From: an uncultured Candidatus Saccharibacteria bacterium
GTDB taxonomy: Bacteria > Patescibacteriota > Saccharimonadia > Saccharimonadales > UBA4665
Direction: 5' to 3'
Length of the DNA stretch: 64,000 bases
NCBI GenBank assembly: GCA_963749175.1
Contig: CAVVLM010000006.1
Location: 15,558 to 79,557 of the forward strand
Shown here: positions 9,545-17,871 of the stretch, piece after piece
Layout: each line of letters begins with the position of its first letter
Numbering within the stretch: the stretch's first letter is position 1
Made by a program: the position numbers and the translations under genes
Notes under the pieces: generated by a model
Told to the model about the DNA's origin: nothing
What the model saw: only the letters and a program-made list of their open reading frames with translations
The model's database searches: none

Positions 9545-11323
9545 ATGAAAGAAATAATTCGAATAGTTAAATTCACTGGTTCGCTATGGCGTTATTACAT
9601 CGTCATATCGGTTTTTACGATCCTGCTGGCCGGTATGACCCAGTTGCAGCCGCTATTTACTAAAGGCGCGATTGACCAGATTACCAAAGCCATTGGCCAC
9701 GGTCACGCTAACGTCAAGTTAGTGGCGATTTTTGCAATCCTAATCTTTGTTACTGATGTTGCCCAAACCTTCTTTAGTAACATCGGCGGCTATTTTGGCG
9801 ATATGATGTCAGTCAAGCTGCAGCAGGTGTTTAGCTCGCGTTACTACGAGCACCTGCTAAGCTTGCCGCAGTATTATTTCGATACTGAGCTTACCGGAAA
9901 AATAATCAACCGGATGAACCGCGGCATCGGCCAAATCGGCCAATTCATGCAAATGCTCAGTAATAACTTCCTGCAATTTGTCTTTAGCACCATTTTCTCG
10001 CTAATAATTGTTGCTCTATATTCCTGGCCGGTAGCCTTGATGCTATTTGCCCTTTTCCCGATATTTATTCTATTTACCACTAAATCAAGCAAGCGTTGGC
10101 AGAAATACCAGAAAATCATCAATCAGCAGCAGGACGTGGCCAGCGGCCGCTTTAATGAGACTATCGGTCAAGTCAAAGTCGTCAAAAGTTATCTTCAGGA
10201 ACGCCGTGAGCTAAGTTTCTTCCGCAGCCGTTTTAACAAAATCGTTACTACTACCAGCCCGCAGAGTAAATTCTGGCACCGCCAGGACATTTATCGTCGT
10301 CTGGTATTAAATACCATCTTTTTAGGTGTCTTTGTCTATATCTTTGTCCAAACGGCCAATGGACACTTTTCACTCGGTACGATGGTGCTGTTAATCCAAT
10401 ACGCCATGTTAATTCGCATCCCGATATTTACTATCAGTTTCTTAGTCGATCAGACTCAGCGGGCGGTAGCTAATACCCGTGATTATTTTGAAGTCATGGA
10501 CGTCCAACCAGAAATTACCGATTCACCTAACGCTAAACCGTTAAAAGTTAAAAACGCCATGATCCAGTTTGATAACGTTAGCTTTGCCTACGATAAAACG
10601 CCAGTCTTAACCGACCTGGGCTTTACTATTGAACCGGATAGTAAAATTGCCCTAGTCGGCGAAAGCGGCGAAGGTAAAACGACAATTACCAGCCTACTGC
10701 TGCGCTTATACGAACCGCGCAGCGGCCAGATTATGATTGACGGCCAAGACATCACTAAAGTCACCCAAGCCAGTTTACGTAATGCAATCGGTGTAGTTTT
10801 CCAAGACCCGTCACTGTTTAGCGGCACGATCAAAGAAAATATTACTTATGCCAATCCCAGCGCTAGTGAGGCCCAAATTATTAAAGCTGCCAAAGCGGCT
10901 AACGCTGATGAGTTTATCGACAAGCTGGATAAAGGCTATTTAACCGAAATCGGCGAACGCGGACTTAAGCTTAGCGGCGGCCAAAAGCAGCGGATTGCCA
11001 TTGCCCGGGCTTTCTTAAAAGATGCACCGATCTTGATTCTCGACGAAGCCACCAGCAGCCTAGACAGTAAAAGTGAGCGGCTAGTGCATATCGGACTGGA
11101 ACGGCTGATGAAAGGCCGCACTACCTTGATTATTGCCCACCGCCTATCAACCATCCAAAATGTTGACCAAATTATTACGCTGCAAGGTGGCACAATTGAC
11201 GAAATCGGCTCGCCGGCCGATCTGGCAGTCAGCGGTGGTATCTACAGTCAACTATTGCGCTTGCAGCGTGGCCATGGCGAGCTCAAACAAAAACGGCTTA
11301 AAGAATTCGAACTTTCGAATTAA
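9545..11323 (+). CDS. ABC exporter, fused permease/ATPase (MsbA/lipid-multidrug type)
   Basis: Six N-terminal TM helices. Walker A GESGEGKTT, signature LSGGQKQRIAIARA, Walker B ILILDEATSSLD, H-loop IAHRLST. Confidence 0.95.
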   Translation: MKEIIRIVKFTGSLWRYYIVISVFTILLAGMTQLQPLFTKGAIDQITKAIGHGHANVKLVAIFAILIFVTDVAQTFFSNIGGYFGDMMSVKLQQVFSSRYYEHLLSLPQYYFDTELTGKIINRMNRGIGQIGQFMQMLSNNFLQFVFSTIFSLIIVALYSWPVALMLFALFPIFILFTTKSSKRWQKYQKIINQQQDVASGRFNETIGQVKVVKSYLQERRELSFFRSRFNKIVTTTSPQSKFWHRQDIYRRLVLNTIFLGVFVYIFVQTANGHFSLGTMVLLIQYAMLIRIPIFTISFLVDQTQRAVANTRDYFEVMDVQPEITDSPNAKPLKVKNAMIQFDNVSFAYDKTPVLTDLGFTIEPDSKIALVGESGEGKTTITSLLLRLYEPRSGQIMIDGQDITKVTQASLRNAIGVVFQDPSLFSGTIKENITYANPSASEAQIIKAAKAANADEFIDKLDKGYLTEIGERGLKLSGGQKQRIAIARAFLKDAPILILDEATSSLDSKSERLVHIGLERLMKGRTTLIIAHRLSTIQNVDQIITLQGGTIDEIGSPADLAVSGGIYSQLLRLQRGHGELKQKRLKEFELSN

Positions 11324-11340
11324 TTCTCGTTTATATAAAT

Positions 11341-11394
11341 CTTCGTTTCGCCGTTTACGGCTCATCAGCACAACTCATATATTTGTGAACGAAG
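11341..11394 (-). ncRNA. hammerhead ribozyme, type III (divergent copy)
   Basis: Minus-strand RNA: CUUCGU U|CACAA AUAUAUGAG UUGUG CUGAUGA GCCG UAAA CGGC GAA ACGAAG. Complete core, closed stems I and II, open 6-bp stem III. Confidence 0.8.
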
Positions 11395-11529
11395 TAATTA
11401 GGACAGAGTATATGGAGCGGGGAGAAATTTGCCATAAATGGCAGGCTCGACATATATCTGTCCAATTTGTAGAGTTAACGAGTGATCAGTAGATGGTCAT
11501 GAAAAAAGTAGCTTTGTAGATTAGGAGGC

Positions 11530-11841
11530 CTAAGAGGCTTCCTCAACCAGATCCATCAGTATGGCCTGCGTGCGGTTAGACAACCAGTTGAAAAGATCCG
11601 AATTCGTCCACAGCGTGAACGCAAAGTGCCTTTCGTCGGCAAGGTCGGACTCGACGTGGGTGGTGTTGTTTGGCTTGCCGTTTGCGAGAAAGACCAATGT
11701 GCTTAGGTGTGGCAATAATTGCCCGCGGATAAATTCATTGTCAACAGGCAGTTGGTATTCAACTGTGTTTAGCTGAATTATGCCCTTCGACACCTCCATA
11801 TAAAACTCTTCTGGCCGTGACTTAACCGATACGATTATCAT
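11530..11841 (-). CDS. hypothetical protein
   Basis: The ORF track starts at TTG 11853. The ATG at 11841 is preceded by GGGAGAG. 103 aa. Confidence 0.6.
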   Translation of the reverse strand: MIIVSVKSRPEEFYMEVSKGIIQLNTVEYQLPVDNEFIRGQLLPHLSTLVFLANGKPNNTTHVESDLADERHFAFTLWTNSDLFNWLSNRTQAILMDLVEEAS

Positions 11842-11925
11842 TAACTCTCCCAATTGTTAAGAGCGCTTACTTATATTTCAGTGCTCAGATGCGACTAATC
11901 GAAATGGTCTCAATAAGTCACGATT

Positions 11926-11963
11926 AGAATAACATATAATAAAGTATAAGTCAATTTTCTAGA
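11926..11963 (-). promoter_or_regulatory. sigma70-like promoter with TCTAGAAAA upstream block
   Basis: Minus strand: TCTAGAAAA-TTGACT-17 nt-TATTCT, upstream of ORF 11530..11841. The same TCTAGAAAATTGAC block occurs at 12910..12924. Confidence 0.45.
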
Positions 11964-12155
11964 ATATAGAAAAGATTATAATAGAAAAATAATCTTATAT
12001 GGCAGTTCACTAAACCTACTATCTTGATAATAAGCTTGGGGAACTGCCAGGAAGAGAAAGAAATAAGAATTGAGTGGATGCATAAATGCATACCATACTC
12101 GACGCTTAAGTCATCTCTACTTCCTGGGAAGCTCTCTGTTAACCGAATTGCGGCT

Positions 12156-12500
12156 TTAGCTCCATAGACTCTTTCGTCCGAGAACCAACCCTCCACAGTT
12201 GTAGAGTTCGATTTCTTCATCGGTAAAGTCCACAGGCTCAACTTCTGGAATGATACTACGCGGATCGTCGCATCTTACCCAGACTTCTTGAGGGTCGAAC
12301 CTCTCGAACTTGAAGTCGTGGCGGATATATCCGTTTTGGGCAGTGTATGGTGCGAGCTCATCGCCCAAAATGCCGTTTACCGGAAATGCCAATCTCAGCA
12401 AATTGATGTCGTACCCACGCCAAAGAATGTACTGGAAAGTGTATGGGTTTGTAACCCCGATGGTAACTGTCTCGACGACACGATACATACCATGGCGCAC
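12156..12500 (-). CDS. hypothetical protein
   Basis: 114-aa ORF. Downstream on the minus strand, an AAGATTAT/ATAATCTT hairpin plus T-rich run looks like a terminator. Confidence 0.6.
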   Translation of the reverse strand: MRHGMYRVVETVTIGVTNPYTFQYILWRGYDINLLRLAFPVNGILGDELAPYTAQNGYIRHDFKFERFDPQEVWVRCDDPRSIIPEVEPVDFTDEEIELYNCGGLVLGRKSLWS

Positions 12501-12575
12501 GAAAACTCCTTTAAGTAAAATTCAGGGACATTATCAAAGCTGACAAGATTTACTGCAAGGAGTGTTTTAGCTCCT

Positions 12576-12737
12576 TTAGTGCATGATGTAAGCTATTACC
12601 AAGAGCAAGAGGCCGAGAGCGCCAAAGAAAGTGGCCTCAGTCAACGTGCCAGCAGATAGGGTTTTTAGAGCCCTAATGCCTATGGCGCAACCAAAGAAAA
12701 AAATAATTAATCCGATGATTGCAAGAGCGAATCGCAA
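12576..12737 (-). CDS. small membrane protein (53 aa, below ORF-track cutoff)
   Basis: TTG start 7 nt after AAAGGA. Translation MRFALAIIGLIIFFFGCAIGIRALKTLSAGTLTEATFFGALGLLLLVIAYIMH gives two TM helices. Confidence 0.45.
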   Translation of the reverse strand: MRFALAIIGLIIFFFGCAIGIRALKTLSAGTLTEATFFGALGLLLLVIAYIMH

Positions 12738-12770
12738 TTTAACATCCTTTCATGAGTATGATAGACACAA

Positions 12771-12821
12771 TCTGTTGAAGAACAGCTAACGCGACATTAT
12801 CGTGTTAATAGTTCTTCAACA
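12771..12821 (-). promoter_or_regulatory. 12-bp perfect hairpin in the 5' leader
   Basis: CTGTTGAAGAAC (12771..12782) pairs with GTTCTTCAACAG (12810..12821). It lies between the promoter at 12887..12915 and ORF 12576..12737. No U-tract. Confidence 0.4.
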
Positions 12822-12840
12822 GACATATTACAGAGAGCTT

Positions 12841-12924
12841 GTTAATGTGCATCGGAGGTATTTGACAGCCTCAACGAAACATGGTTATAATAGCATAAGT
12901 ACAATATATTGTCAATTTTCTAGA
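12841..12924 (-). promoter_or_regulatory. promoter plus conserved leader element (copy A)
   Basis: Minus strand: TCTAGAAAA-TTGACA (12915..12910)-17 nt-TATTAT (12892..12887). Leader CAUGUUUCGUUGAGG...CCUCCGAUGCACAUUAAC is shared with 39681..39768. Confidence 0.5.
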
Positions 12925-12946
12925 TTTTATCCGAATGTACTAATAA

Positions 12947-14314
12947 TCAACTATTTGTAATCTGAACCAAACTGTGAATTACAGGGGTTAAATTATATTT
13001 ATCAATATTTATAATCGGTTTTTTAAATATGTAAGCCGAGTATGAAAAGTAATCTTGGGCCGCAGGATCGGTTGAGTCATAATCTCGGTAAGAAATAACA
13101 CCAATCTGAGTATTGCCGGTAAGCTTAACTTGGCCAGTAAAAGTAATCGTATTCAATTGTTGTCCCTGCAAATAACCCATACAGCCCATTTGACCCGGTG
13201 CGATGCAGCTATTGATGGCACCGGTTATAGTGCCAGTAGCATTATAAACGTTATAATCATGACTGGCTGGATAAGAAAAAGCGCTGCTGCGAGCCGTATA
13301 GGTAGTGCCGTTGCCATCCATGACGATATTATTTGGCACCACAAATTGATTAGTGCCAGCACCGCCATAATCACCCCAGCCCGTGGCATCAAGCTCCAAA
13401 TTGCCGCTGTTTAAAATGGTAATAGTACTATTACCAAGTCCATCAATTGAACTAGGCGCCGTAGTGCTGCTGGAGCTAGTGGCCGCCTCACCCAAGTGAA
13501 GTACTGCCCCACTGGCGATAGTGGTATTACCCGATAAATTAGGACTTGATGTCGGGAAGTTGGCATTGCTGTTAGGGTCTAAATAAATATTGCTTTTGCC
13601 GCTTAGGCTTTGGAATATGATTTCGCTACTAGGTGCGGCTTGGTTAGTTTGCAAATGGACGGTTGAGCCCTGGCTTAAATAGGTTTTACCCTGAAAGCTT
13701 AAAAGCAGCGTATTTTTAGATTGAATTTTAATTGAAACATTTTTGCCAAAAGTAATGTCATTATAAATAATGGCAATAGAATTATTTCTAATATTGTTTA
13801 TTATTTGCCCGGAGACGTGCAAGTTATCACCGCCGATATACGGTGACGCATTGCTGGTAGCGGCATTTGCTGCAACCGGACTGTTAAAAACGATATTTTT
13901 AACACTTAAATTACGAATATTATCCCAAAGATAAACCGTATAGTTAGTATTATATGGTTGCGGCACAACAGTCGAATGCTTGGCGTTAATATCTTTGATA
14001 TTAAATACCAGCGTTTGCCCGTTAATTGGTCGGCCAAGTGACCAGTTTTTGGTATTACTCCACAAATCATCATTGCCTTTACCGGTCCATGAATTGGTGG
14101 CATGGCTTAAAATGACATAGCCGATAATGCTCAAAATAAATAAAAAACCAATAGTTCCCAGCAATACTAACGATACCGTTTTGAGTTTTGACCTTTTAGG
14201 TTTAGCGTCGGGTTTTAGAGCCATAGTAGAATCGCTAGTCGGTGTCGGGTAAATCTTAGCCGGGTCCATATTAGCAACAAAAGCTGGTTTTTCAGGTTTG
14301 TCAGACTGTTCCAT
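12947..14314 (-). CDS. membrane-anchored surface protein, Asn/Thr/Ser/Gly-rich beta-rich ectodomain
   Basis: 455 aa. Basic N-terminal tail, one TM helix (TVSLVLLGTIGFLFILSIIGYVIL), then a repetitive N/T/S/G-rich sequence. Confidence 0.7.
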   Translation of the reverse strand: MEQSDKPEKPAFVANMDPAKIYPTPTSDSTMALKPDAKPKRSKLKTVSLVLLGTIGFLFILSIIGYVILSHATNSWTGKGNDDLWSNTKNWSLGRPINGQTLVFNIKDINAKHSTVVPQPYNTNYTVYLWDNIRNLSVKNIVFNSPVAANAATSNASPYIGGDNLHVSGQIINNIRNNSIAIIYNDITFGKNVSIKIQSKNTLLLSFQGKTYLSQGSTVHLQTNQAAPSSEIIFQSLSGKSNIYLDPNSNANFPTSSPNLSGNTTIASGAVLHLGEAATSSSSTTAPSSIDGLGNSTITILNSGNLELDATGWGDYGGAGTNQFVVPNNIVMDGNGTTYTARSSAFSYPASHDYNVYNATGTITGAINSCIAPGQMGCMGYLQGQQLNTITFTGQVKLTGNTQIGVISYRDYDSTDPAAQDYFSYSAYIFKKPIINIDKYNLTPVIHSLVQITNS

Positions 14315-14384
14315 ATTTCTTCATCACAGTAGCACAGAAAGTCAGCTGGGTTCAACTAATATTGAGCAGTATTTTAGATAATTA

Positions 14385-14930
14385 TTAATCTGATTCAACA
14401 GCCCGCTCAGTGGCGACTTTTCGGCTGATAATATCCATAATTTGTTTGCCAACCGAATGTGAATAGCCCATTGGTTCGTCGTTTTGTTCAATCATCAAAT
14501 CAATATATTCCATATAAGCCAGGGACATGTTATAGAAGTTTAGAGGTATGCCCGATTCGCTTAAAGTGCTTCTAAGTTTATCGGCGGTATGAGCTACGGC
14601 CTGTAAGATCTCCTGACGCTTAGATTCGGCTCTACTATTGTCTTCCAAGTCGTCATAACTAAAACCCACCAAAGCCGATTCATAATGGAAAATACTTAAT
14701 GTCCGTAAGCTATCATAACGGCCTTTAGAATCAACTCTCGAAAACTCCAGCTGCATTGGGCCGTCGCCGTTTGGATTATCTGGAGTCGTTTGTAACTCCT
14801 TAACTATTCCTATAAAAGTTGGAATTAACCACTCATCGGTAACCGATAAATTTTCCGGATCACGGTCAAACAGTAGGATTACAAATTCTCGGGGATCGGC
14901 TGTGGCGGCTAATTGTTCGCGTATTTCCAT
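14385..14930 (-). CDS. hypothetical acidic protein
   Basis: 181-aa ORF with ATG start. Confidence 0.65.
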   Translation of the reverse strand: MEIREQLAATADPREFVILLFDRDPENLSVTDEWLIPTFIGIVKELQTTPDNPNGDGPMQLEFSRVDSKGRYDSLRTLSIFHYESALVGFSYDDLEDNSRAESKRQEILQAVAHTADKLRSTLSESGIPLNFYNMSLAYMEYIDLMIEQNDEPMGYSHSVGKQIMDIISRKVATERAVESD

Positions 14931-14987
14931 TTCAATATATTATAATATTATGTAAGTATTGTAAATTATATTAAATCTTTAATCTAT

Positions 14988-15389
14988 TTATTGGTCGTAT
15001 GAGAATGGTTTTAGAGTATCAATGACTCTTTGACCAAATGTGTGATTTATCATGCAACCGGCACAGCGCAGACTGGCATCGCTGGGGCAATCTAGCACTA
15101 CTAATCTTTCCACTTGTTCCACGTGCTCATGTTCCGGAATGCACCCAGTCCAATGCAAAGATATTGATTGATCGGCTACGTGTAAATTATTATCTTCCGG
15201 TGTTTTGCCGCTTTCATCTAGAAGTGCAGGCATTTTTGATACTTGAAATCTAATTGCCGATATAGCAACACCTGCGTTGATTTCCGGGCCCATTGTAGTC
15301 AATGAGTCGAAAACTTCTTTATAGGGCAAGCAACTCTCATTATGTAACGGACCGGGCCTACCTATTTGTTTGCCAATTGCGGTTACCAT
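14988..15389 (-). CDS. hypothetical Cys/His-rich protein
   Basis: 133-aa ORF; HWTGCIPEHEH...DCPSD...CAGC. Confidence 0.6.
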   Translation of the reverse strand: MVTAIGKQIGRPGPLHNESCLPYKEVFDSLTTMGPEINAGVAISAIRFQVSKMPALLDESGKTPEDNNLHVADQSISLHWTGCIPEHEHVEQVERLVVLDCPSDASLRCAGCMINHTFGQRVIDTLKPFSYDQ

Positions 15390-15556
15390 AATAATTGCTC
15401 CCTAAATTACCTTATAGTTAATTATATAGCCAATATTGGTTAACAACATAATATTTTTGGCATACATCAAAATTTACTATTAACGATTGTATACAAAATT
15501 CCCTTAAATATAATTAAACCAAATATATTTGTTATTAATGCTAAAATATAGTAATC

Positions 15557-16036
15557 ATGAGTTTAAGCATTGAAAAACGATTATTTCGGGAGACAACTGC
15601 CCTACTATTAATTGGCGGATTAGCCCTAGAAGGTTGTTCTAATAACTCTTCTAGAACTAGCATTCAAACTTCGGGTAAGGTAGCTTGTAAGACAGTTAAG
15701 TTTGAGGCATTAAAAGGAAGTCCGGCAGAAGTTGAGATCGGAGTTTATCCAGAACTAGCTAATGGAAAATTTGTTGTTACTAGATGGCAGTACATCGGTA
15801 ATAAGCCGATCACTGGTACGCCAGTATCTGGAGCAATTATGGAATTTCCTAGTCATAATATTTCTAAAATTAGCAACATGTCGACAATTTCCATACCAAC
15901 TTCTCAATCAGAAACAGTAGTTTTCGCATCAGTAAACGAGAATGGTCAAAATATTTCTTGTCCGCCCACTATCATGTATTTCAATAATAAAACGTATACT
16001 GCTATTCCTCAGTTGCCACCCAAAGATAGAATTTAA
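15557..16036 (+). CDS. secreted protein / possible lipoprotein
   Basis: N-terminal hydrophobic segment ending LALEGCSNN (atypical lipobox). 159 aa. Confidence 0.6.
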   Translation: MSLSIEKRLFRETTALLLIGGLALEGCSNNSSRTSIQTSGKVACKTVKFEALKGSPAEVEIGVYPELANGKFVVTRWQYIGNKPITGTPVSGAIMEFPSHNISKISNMSTISIPTSQSETVVFASVNENGQNISCPPTIMYFNNKTYTAIPQLPPKDRI

Positions 16037-16183
16037 TAATATTAAGGATGCACTTCTTATGCCAGTTTAAGCTTTATTTGCTATTTCGTTGACAATTATG
16101 GCGTAAATTTGGATCTATGATCGTAGGTAGTATATATTAGAAAACTAACTTCGTTTTTATTATTAATATAGTAAAAATGTTGC

Positions 16184-16768
16184 ATGTCTGAAACTCTTCC
16201 GCCAAATCGATATCTATCTCAAGCAGAAATCAATAAATATGGATTTACCGAGCGTTTAATGGCGGATACGGCTGATATTAATAATTTCCAAGCCAATCTC
16301 CTAGCTTATTTTGGCCCCAATTTAATTAAACCTTTGCCAGAAGCGCCGGATCTGGTATTTCTAGGCAATTATGAATCAGCCCGGGTAATTATAGATAACA
16401 GTATCAGCCATGGCCTTGGACGAGCGGCAGTAATGGCGACAATTTGGGAAAAGATGCCTAAAGACTTATGCCAAACCCAATATGGGACAGTTAGCAGGAT
16501 TGAAGTCAAGACTTTCATTAACAGTTATCAAGGACATATTCTTCTGCACATTGACCCGAAAGAACGTTTTATTAGCCAAAGAGCTGAGCTAACAGACGTA
16601 ATTGATGAAATATATGACGCCAAACAGCAATGGCGTCAGTTTAATCCGACGCTGCGCATAGCACGCTTACTTAATACGGCATTTTCGACTGAAATAGAAA
16701 GTTATTTAGCTAACCCAAAGCTTATTCATTTTAGTAGATTGCTCCCCAAAAAACATAAATCAAAATAA
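16184..16768 (+). CDS. hypothetical protein
   Basis: 194-aa ORF with ATG start and lysine-rich tail. Confidence 0.65.
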   Translation: MSETLPPNRYLSQAEINKYGFTERLMADTADINNFQANLLAYFGPNLIKPLPEAPDLVFLGNYESARVIIDNSISHGLGRAAVMATIWEKMPKDLCQTQYGTVSRIEVKTFINSYQGHILLHIDPKERFISQRAELTDVIDEIYDAKQQWRQFNPTLRIARLLNTAFSTEIESYLANPKLIHFSRLLPKKHKSK

Positions 16769-16795
16769 ATTTATCACCTCAAAGTTTATTTATTG

Positions 16796-16846
16796 TTACT
16801 TTCGTCCTTTTGGACTCGTCAGCATGAACGCACATTCATGGAGTAA
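16796..16846 (-). ncRNA. hammerhead ribozyme, type III
   Basis: Minus-strand RNA: UUACU C|CAUGAA UGUGCG UUCAUG CUGACGA GUCC AAAA GGAC GAA AGUAA. All invariant core positions present. Confidence 0.85.
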
Positions 16847-16956
16847 GGCGATGGTGTATCGTTGGGTGCAAGCACAGTGCTCGCTCGACCAACGGTACAC
16901 CCCTCGGGTTCCAGCATAGCAGGCTTTATTCCCTTTAATTTTTAGGGAATAAAGTT

Positions 16957-17235
16957 TTATGGCAAAAGCCAGGAGTGTATGCCGATCATCTCGCTGATAA
17001 TGCCGTTAAGCAGCATTATGCAAGTGCCAATCAACAGAAGAAGGAGGATCAACTTGGTAAGCAGGCGGAGATTACTGTTGGGCCTGATTAACAAAAAGAG
17101 TATGAAAAGCGCAAAGCAAAAACCGACAATGAACCACATCGGGAAAAACCTCCTAATATCTTGTTGCCAGAGCAATCGGATAAGCTCAGAAAATGTTGGA
17201 TTAGTGGCCAGTATAAGTTTGAGCCAATTGCTCAA
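16957..17235 (-). CDS. small membrane protein
   Basis: 92-aa ORF with TTG start and no clear RBS; an internal ATG (MWFIVGF) is possible. Two to three TM helices. Confidence 0.5.
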   Translation of the reverse strand: MSNWLKLILATNPTFSELIRLLWQQDIRRFFPMWFIVGFCFALFILFLLIRPNSNLRLLTKLILLLLLIGTCIMLLNGIISEMIGIHSWLLP

Positions 17236-17316
17236 TCAAATGTCAGCTCACTCTGGGTTCTCATCACCACAGATATATTTTTACAACTAAACATATATGC
17301 ATAATGATGAGAGAAG

Positions 17317-17380
17317 GGCGAGTGCGACGGGTGTTACGAAAGGGGGCCTTAAGGGGCACCGTCCGATCGTAGCACTCGCC
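17317..17380 (-). terminator. GC-rich 9+7-bp hairpin 3' of the 17481..18888 gene pair
   Basis: GGCGAGTGC (17317..17325) pairs with GCACTCGCC (17372..17380); inner GACGGGTG/CACCGTC stem. Followed on the minus strand by CUUCUCUC. Confidence 0.4.
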
Positions 17381-17480
17381 ACACTCAAACCCTTACCCCT
17401 GGTATTCCCAGAGGATTCTAACTGAATTTTATGGCTTCAGATTGCCGCGTATGTTTCGGTGAATTATTTAGGAGGTTTTC

Positions 17481-17870
17481 CTAGGATTGTCCCAAAATTA
17501 CGAACATCTTTCCGGAAATTCCGTTTGGCTGTTCATAGGGGACCCATTGGAACACCACGTGCTCACCTGGTTGAAGCGAGGCTCGGCCGGTAGTGTAGAC
17601 TGGATCGGAAGTACAAGGGGCGGGACTAGACGGGAATGCGATGCACGCTTCCAGACCCTGGGCATCTACCTTGACGATAGTGCCGTTATAAGTCTGAGGT
17701 GTTGACGTTGAGTTGGCTGAAAAGAGCCAAGCACCAATGGCAAAACCTACCAAAAACGTACATGCAACATACAAAACAATCAAGTGAGTCGGGAAACCCC
17801 GTTTAGCTCTGCCGACTGCTCTGCCTGCTGTTCTGCTCCCTGATACTCGGGTGACATTTCTGGTTGCCAT
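17481..17870 (-). CDS. membrane-anchored protein (Arg-rich N-terminus, one TM helix)
   Basis: 129 aa; HLIVLYVACTFLVGFAIGAWLF helix. One nt separates it from the upstream ORF. Local GC is visibly higher than the flanks. Confidence 0.65.
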   Translation of the reverse strand: MATRNVTRVSGSRTAGRAVGRAKRGFPTHLIVLYVACTFLVGFAIGAWLFSANSTSTPQTYNGTIVKVDAQGLEACIAFPSSPAPCTSDPVYTTGRASLQPGEHVVFQWVPYEQPNGISGKMFVILGQS

Positions 17871-17871
17871 T

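Noticed and set aside
10905-10911. CTGATGA inside the ABC transporter gene.
   Set aside because: It is in a coding context (..NADEFI..), and no stem II/GAAA arrangement follows.
11133-11492. Plus-strand 119-aa ORF spanning the ABC gene 3' end and the intergenic region.
   Set aside because: It overlaps the ABC exporter out of frame. Its remainder covers the minus-strand hammerhead and hairpin. It has no RBS and an implausible sequence.
11951-12543. ORFs 11951..12241 (-), 12288..12518 (+) and 12310..12543 (+).
   Set aside because: The first covers a terminator hairpin and a promoter region. The other two are antisense to ORF 12156..12500. None has start-site support.
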